DNA of 15,195 nucleotides from a virus (Duplodnaviria; Heunggongvirae; Uroviricota; Caudoviricetes): IMG/VR virus record IMGVR_UViG_2663763000_000006; one strand, 5' to 3'. Shown piece by piece: positions 8,195 to 15,195 of this stretch (position 1 is its first letter; each line of letters starts with the position of its first letter). The notes under the pieces were generated by a model. It saw only the letters and a program-made list of their open reading frames with translations, ran no database searches and was not told where the DNA came from. The position numbers and the translations under genes were made by a program.

Positions 8195-8688
8195 CAGCAC
8201 AACTCCGCAAAGATTCGCGGGCGGCACAGAATGTCAGAGATGGCCCAGCTCACATCGCGCCACAAATCCGATGTCTGTATATCCAGTGCGTCCGCCCGGC
8301 GATCGCCCTTGTCCGTTGTGTCCGCATCGCGGTAACGCTCCAGAATCAGGGCACGTGTGGCGGTATAAACAGCATTGCGCCAGTGCCAGAGATTGACGCT
8401 TTCTCCGTTAATTACGGGTGCCGGAACATCGGCCAGCGTCTGATGGCCAGCCGCCTGCTGTTCCTGCTGCCACGCTTCCAGTTCGCGGGTAACGTGAGCC
8501 ACGGCCCCAGTGGCGGTATGCAGCAGGCGGGAGGTGGTCACGCGGCCCGGCAGTCGTACCGCCAGACGCAGCTCGCGCAGCACAATATCCGGCCAGAATG
8601 CACCTGCTGAAATGCGAGTGTCGCCATCATCGGTATCGGTGATGTCGTCCTCTGCGGGTCCTGGTTCAGTTCTGGCAACCATACTCAT
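8194..8688 (-). CDS. L: Head completion/stabilization protein L (P2 gpL-like)
   Basis: Start placed at ATG 8688 (MSMVARTEPGP...) preceded by AGGAG with ~8-nt spacing; the longer ORF to 8760 lacks an RBS. Position between M and X as in P2. Confidence 0.82.
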   Translation of the reverse strand: MSMVARTEPGPAEDDITDTDDGDTRISAGAFWPDIVLRELRLAVRLPGRVTTSRLLHTATGAVAHVTRELEAWQQEQQAAGHQTLADVPAPVINGESVNLWHWRNAVYTATRALILERYRDADTTDKGDRRADALDIQTSDLWRDVSWAISDILCRPRIFAELC

Positions 8689-8701
8689 GGAGTTCACTCC
8701 T

Positions 8702-8786
8702 GAAAAAAAATCGGGCGGTGGGTGCGCGGTGTAAACGGTCACGGAGTCAAACCGGAACACCGCGCACGCCGCCCGCTGACGGGGTC
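8702..8786 (-). terminator. Long imperfect hairpin followed by a T8 run on the minus-strand transcript, between M and L (candidate intra-operon terminator/attenuator)
   Basis: Plus-strand tcgggcggtgggtgcgcggtg (8711-8731) is complementary to caccgcgcacgccgcccg (8768-8785), with A9 at 8702-8710, which is a U-tract on the minus-strand RNA. Confidence 0.55.
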
Positions 8787-8791
8787 AGTCG

Positions 8792-9592
8792 TTAACCGCG
8801 CTTCGCCTTCTGCGACGCGGTGGTTTTTCGTGTTGCAGGCTTCTGCGTTGTCTTTTTACTTTTGCTGCTTTCGTCCTGCGTCTGCTGTGCGCTGGCGTCT
8901 TCTGGTGCGGCTGCGGAATCGGCTTTTTTCAGGGCGCGGGAAAGGGTTGCAATCTCGCGTTTCACACCTGCGTTCGGGTTCAGGTGCATCGCTTCGCGCA
9001 GCAGCTTCAGTGATGAGGCCATGTTGTCTGCATCTGTCAGGCCACGACGGGCAAAGGCACACGCCTTGCATAATTTGGCGCGCACTTCGTCCGGCATGTC
9101 CTGGTTGGCGACAATTTCCCAAAGTGTGTCCAGTGGTTCGATAAAGGCGGATAAATCCGCGTCGGCATCCGTCCCGGCCTGCGTCAGTACCGGGTTGCAG
9201 ATTTCTTCGGTCAGTACCGTGGCAGCAGTACGGCCAAAGTTATCCGGCATGATGAGGTTGTGACGGACCACATATGCACCAATACGCAGCGCCAGCGGAA
9301 GATCGCCGCAGTCAATCGCCCACACCATCAGCGTGGCAATTACTTCGTCCTGTTGCCCGCCGTCAGTCTCCAGCGTTCCCTCAATCCAGCCGGAAAAGTC
9401 CGGCAACAACTCTTTTTTGATGGCGGCTTTCGCGCTTCTGGCCTGTACGCCCTTTAGCCTGGCCTGTGCCAGACGCAGACGATACAGCACCTCTTCATGC
9501 GCGGTACGCGCGGCGTGGTCCACACCTTCATTCGCCCGGCCTGCGCGCTGTGCCATCACGTTCTGCCAGTGTTGTTGTGCAGGAGTAATCAT
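8792..9592 (-). CDS. M: Terminase endonuclease (small) subunit M (P2 gpM-like)
   Basis: 266-aa ORF; MITPAQQHW..., DMPDEVRAKL and a lysine/arginine-rich C-terminal tail are collinear with P2 gpM (recollection); GGAGAG RBS upstream. Confidence 0.88.
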   Translation of the reverse strand: MITPAQQHWQNVMAQRAGRANEGVDHAARTAHEEVLYRLRLAQARLKGVQARSAKAAIKKELLPDFSGWIEGTLETDGGQQDEVIATLMVWAIDCGDLPLALRIGAYVVRHNLIMPDNFGRTAATVLTEEICNPVLTQAGTDADADLSAFIEPLDTLWEIVANQDMPDEVRAKLCKACAFARRGLTDADNMASSLKLLREAMHLNPNAGVKREIATLSRALKKADSAAAPEDASAQQTQDESSKSKKTTQKPATRKTTASQKAKRG

Positions 9593-9609
9593 TTTTTCTC
9601 TCCGTTACA

Positions 9610-9628
9610 GGCGGGCATGATGCCCGCC
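9610..9628 (-). promoter_or_regulatory. Perfect 9-bp-arm inverted repeat in the N-M intergenic region, about 10 nt upstream of the M RBS
   Basis: ggcgggcat g atgcccgcc seen directly; no U-tract follows on the minus transcript, so it is not a canonical terminator. Confidence 0.5.
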
Positions 9629-9637
9629 GTGAGTTGA

Positions 9638-10690
9638 TTAGCTGTCGGCGAACTTCAGGCCAGTGATCATCGCGCACTTGCCATAGTCTTCAACGACATA
9701 AGCGTCATTGATGGACTGGTAGGTGGCGATGCGGTTGTATTCCGGCTCGTCTTTCATCAGGCGACGCATTGAACCTTTCTGCCAGTAAATCGACAGGTTG
9801 TTGAACGAGGTGATAAGCATCGTTGCATCCGGGAAGAACGGCGCAAGGAACACGCCCAGCCCGCCAATGGTGCGCGATGACAGGATGAGCTGCCCGGCAA
9901 GTAATTCCGCATTGGGATTCTGGCCGCTGATGCTGTTCAGCACGGGCAGACGCAGCGAGTTAAACAGGTTGCGCCCCATAATCACCGCGAGGTCGTCAGC
10001 TTCCTTGTGCCATTCATCCAGCAGGGATGAGCGCGCATCCTGTACCAGAGCATCGGCATTCGCATACTTACCCGCGTGCGCCACAGTGTTGTCCATGTTG
10101 CGGGAGGTCAGCGTCACGTCATTCATTACGCGCTCGCTGGCATCGGTTCTGATGTGCTCCAGCCAGCCCACGTTAACGTCCTGAAGCAGCTTGTTGGTGT
10201 GAAAATCAGACTCGTAGGCGTGGGATGTGCCGTTAAAGCCAATCATGATGCGATCAAGCGCTACCTGCCGGGCGATCTGTGTACTGATACGGGACTGAAA
10301 ATCGCTGTGGGCCGCCCAGGTATCAAGCTGTGGGTACGAAATAAAGGTATCGTAGTTCACCTGTTCGCACTGGTACTGACGAGACTTCATATCGATCACG
10401 TTATTCGGGTTACGGCGTTTGATGCCGTCATAACTGCTATTCGTGCGCGCAATTGGCCCGGTGGTGTCCAGGAGGATTTTTTCGCCTTTCTGGTCGGTCA
10501 CGCCGATCACGTTAATTCTTTTCGTAAATTCGGTACTTTCCTTTGAGGCGTTTTCAAAACGCTGCTGCACCGCGGGTTCCACGGTAAATCGCGATACCAG
10601 TGCAGATACCGGGATATTGTTAAGCGACGCCTGCTGCGCCATATAGCAACCCAGCTTGTTGCGGGTAATATCTGACATCACCAGATTCAT
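9638..10690 (-). CDS. N: Major capsid protein N (P2 gpN-like)
   Basis: 350-aa ORF; blocks FTVEPAV, GEKI, IGFNG, VGWL, LSIYW and YVVEDY are collinear with P2 gpN (recollection); AAGGAG RBS upstream. Confidence 0.9.
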   Translation of the reverse strand: MNLVMSDITRNKLGCYMAQQASLNNIPVSALVSRFTVEPAVQQRFENASKESTEFTKRINVIGVTDQKGEKILLDTTGPIARTNSSYDGIKRRNPNNVIDMKSRQYQCEQVNYDTFISYPQLDTWAAHSDFQSRISTQIARQVALDRIMIGFNGTSHAYESDFHTNKLLQDVNVGWLEHIRTDASERVMNDVTLTSRNMDNTVAHAGKYANADALVQDARSSLLDEWHKEADDLAVIMGRNLFNSLRLPVLNSISGQNPNAELLAGQLILSSRTIGGLGVFLAPFFPDATMLITSFNNLSIYWQKGSMRRLMKDEPEYNRIATYQSINDAYVVEDYGKCAMITGLKFADS

Positions 10691-10713
10691 AAAAAATTTG
10701 CTCCTTTGTCTTA

Positions 10714-11550
10714 TCAGAAGTCAGCCAGCTGGTCGGAGGCTGCGCCCGTTGCGGTGAAGCGGTTCTGCGGATCGCCGTCCTGCGTGCGCAGTTTTTCCTT
10801 CAATGCTGTCAGCTCTGTGGTCAGTGACGTGATTTTCTGGCGGTCCTGCTGATGGCGGGTTTCCAGCACATTAAAACGGTCGATAATGTCGGCCTGTGAC
10901 GTTGCAACGCCTTCCACCGCTTCCTGAATTCGGGAGAAACTGGCGTCATCCGCTTTGCGGCCACGACCAATAATCCCCATTACGCGGTTAAACCACTGGG
11001 TGCCTTCTTCCTGGCGTTGTTCTGCCATTTCGATGATTTCAGACTCGATGGCTTCGGAGATAAGCGGTGCTTCACCCTGGATACTGTTGAACGTCATCAC
11101 CGCCTGACGTTGCTGTGCCGTGAATTTCAGGCGCTCAGTGCCCAGGCTTGCCGGGGTGTCGGTCATCGCCAGCCCGACCAGATAGGCGCGCCCGTTAACG
11201 GAGAACTGCGGGTGCAGTTCGATACTGGAATAGATTTTCTTGCCGTCAGCGACAAGCTGCTTCATGCGCTCGGTCGGTTCGATTTCTGCATACAGCGCAG
11301 TACGTCCGGCCAGCGGGCCTTCCGTAATATCTTCCGTACTCAGCGCGGTGACATCGCCCATTGCGGAAAATTCGCTTGACGGGCATGGCGAGAGATAGTG
11401 CTCAACGTTCACGCGGGCAGCGTAAACATCCGGGTTGAAGTTCTCGGCGGCTTCACGCAGATGTACCTGGCTGATTTCGCGGCCATCAACAGTTGATCCG
11501 GAGACAGCCACGCGAAACTTTTTGCGGGATGTCTTTTTTTCATTAGCCAT
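10714..11550 (-). CDS. O: Capsid scaffolding protein O (P2 gpO-like)
   Basis: ORF 10714..11583; start placed at internal ATG 11550 (MANEKKTSRKKFRVAVSGSTVDGREI...), which matches the P2 gpO start pattern, with GAGGGG upstream. Confidence 0.85.
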   Translation of the reverse strand: MANEKKTSRKKFRVAVSGSTVDGREISQVHLREAAENFNPDVYAARVNVEHYLSPCPSSEFSAMGDVTALSTEDITEGPLAGRTALYAEIEPTERMKQLVADGKKIYSSIELHPQFSVNGRAYLVGLAMTDTPASLGTERLKFTAQQRQAVMTFNSIQGEAPLISEAIESEIIEMAEQRQEEGTQWFNRVMGIIGRGRKADDASFSRIQEAVEGVATSQADIIDRFNVLETRHQQDRQKITSLTTELTALKEKLRTQDGDPQNRFTATGAASDQLADF

Positions 11551-11704
11551 AGTTTTTGCCCCTCTGACTGGTTCTTCAGTCATGATGGCAAAGCGTAACA
11601 GGCTGATACAAAGGGCTTTTGTTGTAAGAAAACGGCCAGAACAGGGGGTTAAGGAGAACGGTTTCGCGCGCGGGTAATCTTCCTGTAATTACTCAGGGGG
11701 AGCA
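11551..11704. promoter_or_regulatory. Divergent late-promoter region between O (minus) and P (plus)
   Basis: 154-bp non-coding spacer between divergent operons, as for P2 P_P/P_O. Contains a TGT-N15-ACA dyad (about 11626-11646) reminiscent of, but not identical to, the Ogr-type TGT-N12-ACA activator site; GGGGGAG RBS before the P start. Confidence 0.5.
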
Positions 11705-13451
11705 ATGATTCAGGACGCTTTTGTGCGCCAGCGTGCGCGGCAACTTTACTGGCAGGGTTATCCGCCCGCAGAAATATCACGTCTGATGGGAATAAACCCG
11801 AACACGATTTATGCGTGGAAAAAACGCGACCAGTGGGATGAAACGCCACCCGTGCAGCGTGTCACGCAGTCCATCGATGCGCGCCTTATCCAGCTTACTG
11901 AAAAACAGAATAAAACAGGCGGTGACTTCAAGGAAATAGACCTGCTGACCCGGCAGCTTAAAAAGCTGCATGATGGCCAGCCGGATGTGATGGCCGCAGG
12001 AAAGAAAGGTCGGGCGAAAAAACTCAAAAATCATTTCACGCCGGAACAGATTGCCGCACTGCGGGAAAAAATCATCAGCAGGCTGGAGTGGCATCAGCGG
12101 GGCTGGTTTGACTCCCTGACCCTTTGCAGGGAAGCCGGGATACGTAACAGGATGATCCTGAAATCCCGACAGATTGGGGCGACCTGGTATTTTGCACAGG
12201 AAGCTCTGCTGATGGCGCTGCGTGACGATGTGGCGCAACCTTACCAGCGTAACCAGATTTTTTTGTCTGCGTCGCGTCGTCAGGCGTTCCAGTTTAAAAG
12301 CATTATTCAGAAGGCCGCGGCTGAAGTTGATGTGGAGCTGAAAGGGGGCGATAAAATCATCCTCTCCAACGGCGCAGAGCTGCATTTTCTCGGCACTTCT
12401 GCTGCGTCGGCACAGTCCTATACGGGCAATTTTTATTTTGATGAATTTTTCTGGGTCAGTCGCTTTGCTGAACTGCGCAAGGTGGCTGGCGCTATGGCAA
12501 CCCTCAGCGGACTGCGGCGCACCTACTTCTCCACGCCATCCACCGAAACGCACGAGGCATACGCCTACTGGAACGGCGACCGCTGGAACGAGAAAAAGGC
12601 CTCGCATAAACGCCAGCGTTTTTCTGTGGACTGGAAAACGCTGCATAACGGGCTTATCTGCCCTGACAGGACGTGGCGGCAAATTGTCACGCTGGAAGAT
12701 GTGGTTAATCACGGCTGGAAACACACCGATATCGACGAAATTCGTGATGAAAACACCGAAGACGAGTTCCTCAATCTCTATATGTGTGAGTTTGTCCGCG
12801 AAGGGGAATCGGCATTTAACCTGAATATCCTGATTGGCTGCGGCGTTGACGGATACGACGACTGGAAAGACTGGAAGCCGTTTGCTCCCCGCCCGATGGG
12901 GAATCGTCCGGTATGGATTGGATATGACGCAAACGGCAGCAGTGGAAACGGCGACAGCGGCGCAGTGTCCGTGGTGGTTCCTCCGGCTGTTCCTGGTGGC
13001 CGTTTTCGAACGGTGGAGACGCGTTCAGGGGCTGGAGTTTGAAGAACAGGCCAGAGTCATTGAAGAGTTTACGTATCGCTACAACGTGGAACACATCGGC
13101 ATTGATGTGACGGGCGGGAACGGGGAGGCTGTTTATCAGATAGTGAAACGGTTTTTCCCTGCTGCTATTCCGTACACCTTCACGCTGTCATCAAAACGGT
13201 CGCTGGTACTGAAAATGCTGCAAATAATGCGTGCCGGGCGCTGGGAATACGATCGCGCCGAACGGGAGCTGGTCGCGGCCTTTAACGCCGTGCGTAAGGT
13301 GAAAACACCGGGCGGCTTTATCACTTACGAAACGGATCGCGCGAGGGGGATCAGCCACGGCGACCTTGCGTGGGCAACCATGCTTGCTGTCATTAACGAA
13401 CCGATTGGCGGCGAAGGAGAAAACGAGCGTTTCACGGTTATGGAGTTCTGA
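11705..13451 (+). pseudogene. P: Terminase ATPase (large) subunit P (P2 gpP-like), split by a frameshift near 13003-13010
   Basis: ORF 11705..13042 (445 aa, terminase N-terminal and ATPase region) continues in another frame as ORF 12834..13451 (...ERWRRVQGLEFEEQARVIEEFTYRYNVEHIGIDVTGG...). The switch falls at ggccgTTTTcgaacgg. Combined length (~582 aa) fits gpP. Confidence 0.85.
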
Positions 13452-14497
13452 TGAGCAGAAAAAATAAAAAAGTGCGCATGAGTTCACGCATTGATCTCGC
13501 TGATGCGCTCAGGAAAGAATCATCGCTCAGTGCATTCACATTTGACGGCCCTTACCGCCTGACCGGGCATGATTTACTGGACAATATGTACTGTGCCGAT
13601 AACGGGCGATGGTATGAAACCCCGGTGGACTGGTACGGTCTGGCAAGAGCTGCCCGGCAAACGTCCTGGCATCAGTCTGCGCTTTACTTTAAGCGCAATG
13701 TATTGCTCGGCTGCTATATTCCGCACCCGCTGCTTTCCCGGCAGGATTTCTCGGCGCTGGCGCTGGACTGGTTTGTGTTCGGCAACGCATTCCTTGAGCT
13801 TCGAAGCAATATGCTCGGCGAACCGCTTAAATTACGGCACGCCCTGGCGAAATACATGCGACGCGGAAGCGATCTTGAATCATGGTGGTATGTGCAGGAT
13901 GGTAAGGACGCGTTTCAGTTTCGCCCTGGCAAAGTGTGCCACCTGATGAATCCTGACATTAACCAGGAAATCTACGGCATGCCGGAATATCTCGGCGCAT
14001 TACTCTCGGCCAGCCTGTCTCATTCGGCGGACATGTTCAGAAAACTGTATTACGACAACGGATCCCACGCCGGGTGCATCATCTACATCGGTGCGGCGCA
14101 GGTAAACCGCGAAAGCATGGACTCCCTGAAAGAAACGCTACAGGGTGCACGTGGTGGTGGTGCGTTTAAAAACGTGCTCATTCATGCGCCCAACGGGGGC
14201 AAAGAGGGGGTGCAAATTTTGCCGTTCCAGCAGATCACCGCAAAGGATGAGTTCATGAATGTTAAGGCTGCATCCCGTGATGATGTGCTGGCTGCGCACC
14301 GCGTTCCACCGCAACTGATGGGGGCGATGCCGGGCGAAAAAAGTGCGTTCGGTGATGTGGAGAAGGCCGCGCGGGTTTACGCAATTAACGAGCTGATGCC
14401 CGTCATGGAGGCCATGAAGCACATCAATGACTGGCTGGGCGAAGAGGTGATCCGCTTTAACCCTTACGCACTGTTAGACACCCAGCCCACAGCCTGA
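13451..14497 (+). CDS. Q: Portal (capsid vertex) protein Q (P2 gpQ-like)
   Basis: 348-aa ORF immediately after P (TGATG overlap), GGAG RBS 5 nt upstream; size and position fit gpQ. Confidence 0.85.
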   Translation: MSRKNKKVRMSSRIDLADALRKESSLSAFTFDGPYRLTGHDLLDNMYCADNGRWYETPVDWYGLARAARQTSWHQSALYFKRNVLLGCYIPHPLLSRQDFSALALDWFVFGNAFLELRSNMLGEPLKLRHALAKYMRRGSDLESWWYVQDGKDAFQFRPGKVCHLMNPDINQEIYGMPEYLGALLSASLSHSADMFRKLYYDNGSHAGCIIYIGAAQVNRESMDSLKETLQGARGGGAFKNVLIHAPNGGKEGVQILPFQQITAKDEFMNVKAASRDDVLAAHRVPPQLMGAMPGEKSAFGDVEKAARVYAINELMPVMEAMKHINDWLGEEVIRFNPYALLDTQPTA

Positions 14498-14523
14498 CGC
14501 GCTTCGCTTGTCTGCTGCTTCGC

Positions 14524-14548
14524 CGGGGCATAAAAAATTTATGCCCCG
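14524..14548 (+). terminator. Stem-loop 27 nt downstream of the Q stop (11-bp stem cggggcataaa / tttatgccccg)
   Basis: Inverted repeat seen directly; no clear U-tract, so it may be a weak terminator or an RNA stability element. Confidence 0.45.
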
Positions 14549-14825
14549 ACTCTCCAGCTCCTGTATCAATCAGATAATTTCACGACGCCTTCCAGCTTAT
14601 TGCCATCATCGACGGTCAGGCTCTTACGCAATCCCACCGCGTTGATTGCATGTTCTCGCCGTCTCAGTGCGATTTTGACGGCCTTACCTTTCACCTCATC
14701 AAATCAAAAGCCCTCACGTCTTTTTCACGCTCAGCGTGAGAAATACAGCCATTCTGTTGTGTCGCTGCGACATCGTTCAGGGGATGCTATTTACCCCCTG
14801 AAACGCGGGCTGTTCCCCCGTCACC

Positions 14826-14851
14826 TGCGCGCAGAAAAAGCGCGTTTTTTT
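14826..14851 (+). terminator. Intrinsic-terminator-like hairpin (cgcgc-agaaaaa-gcgcg) followed by T7
   Basis: GC stem plus a run of seven T seen directly on the plus strand; lies where the cos-proximal region is expected. Confidence 0.55.
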
Positions 14852-14921
14852 GTGCACGCACGGATCCTTGACGGATCCAGCCGCCATGCGGGCCGGAAGG
14901 GTAAAAAGTCGTTCAAAAAAA

Positions 14922-14948
14922 TTGTGCAAATTTGTGCACTTTTGTGCA
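14922..14948. repeat. Three direct repeats of TTGTGCA at exact 10-bp phasing
   Basis: TTGTGCA at 14922-14928, 14932-14938 and 14942-14948, seen directly. Confidence 0.8.
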
Positions 14949-14980
14949 AACAAAAAGCGCCCCTGAGGCGCTTTAGTGTT
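14946..14980 (-). terminator. Rho-independent terminator for the minus-strand gene entering from the right edge
   Basis: Stem agcgcc (14956-14961) pairs with ggcgct (14967-14972), loop cctga; on the minus strand the stem is followed by TTTTTGTTTG. Confidence 0.7.
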
Positions 14981-15008
14981 TTATAGGTTGTGTATATTTG
15001 CTGGGTCC

Positions 15009-15195
15009 TTATCCTGCTGTGCTTTCAACTGATGAGGGGAACAAAATCTTTTCATCAAACCCTGCATTCATATCATGGACAGCAACACACCAATCCATTG
15101 ACGAACGATTATCAAGAGCCTCCATGATTTCATCCATGCGGCGTAGGTCATACAGGTAAATGCTTTTATCGCCAATGGTGTAAAAACCAATTTTT
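15009..15195 (-). CDS. C-terminal 62 codons of an unidentified gene entering from beyond the window end
   Basis: Minus-strand frame open from the window edge to TAA at 15011..15009: ...KIGFYTIGDKSIYLYDLRRMDEIMEALDNRSSMDWCVAVHDMNAGFDEKILFPSSVESTAG*. Followed by the terminator above. Sequence looks more AT-rich than the phage structural genes. Confidence 0.6.
   Translation of the reverse strand, partial: KIGFYTIGDKSIYLYDLRRMDEIMEALDNRSSMDWCVAVHDMNAGFDEKILFPSSVESTAG

Noticed and set aside
11777-12724. 315-aa minus-strand ORF antisense to terminase gene P
   Set aside because: Fully contained within the strongly supported gpP coding region on the opposite strand; no independent evidence of coding.
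14661-14750. 29-codon plus-strand small ORF (MFSPSQCDFDGLTFHLIKSKALTSFSRSA)
   Set aside because: No Shine-Dalgarno sequence and it ends inside a palindrome; cannot be supported without expression or conservation data.
14600-14986. 128-aa plus-strand ORF in the region after Q
   Set aside because: Reads straight through two terminator-like hairpins and the repeat array, has no RBS, and has a low-complexity basic composition; more likely non-coding cos-proximal DNA.
1-15195. CRISPR arrays, tRNA or rRNA genes, IS elements or integrase/att sites
   Set aside because: No spaced direct-repeat arrays, no cloverleaf-like candidates in intergenic regions, and no transposase-like or integrase-like ORFs seen; the window is internal to the prophage late region.

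Overview
This window is almost entirely the late (virion, lysis and packaging) region of a P2-like (Peduovirus-type) prophage in an enterobacterial-looking genome, inverted relative to the standard P2 map. On the minus strand, left to right: tail fiber H (partial, runs off the window start, contains the N-gap), I, J, W, V, an interrupted S, R, an inserted ~626-aa esterase-like cargo gene, lysC/lysB spanins, an M15-peptidase endolysin, holin, X, L, M, N, O. On the plus strand: divergent P (terminase ATPase subunit, frameshifted) and Q (portal), then ~500 bp of structured non-coding DNA where cos is expected, then the 3' end of a minus-strand gene entering from the right edge. All calls come from manual translation and recollection of P2-family proteins; no database search was run. 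The points most worth a second look are the esterase cargo gene translationally coupled to the lysis cassette, the gpS gene carrying an in-frame amber codon plus a 171-nt extra segment flanked by a 6-bp direct repeat, the frameshift in P, and the repeat- and hairpin-rich region after Q leading into a likely variable cargo locus. No tRNA, rRNA, CRISPR array or IS element was seen. The N-gap and the two reading-frame lesions may mean draft assembly quality rather than biology.
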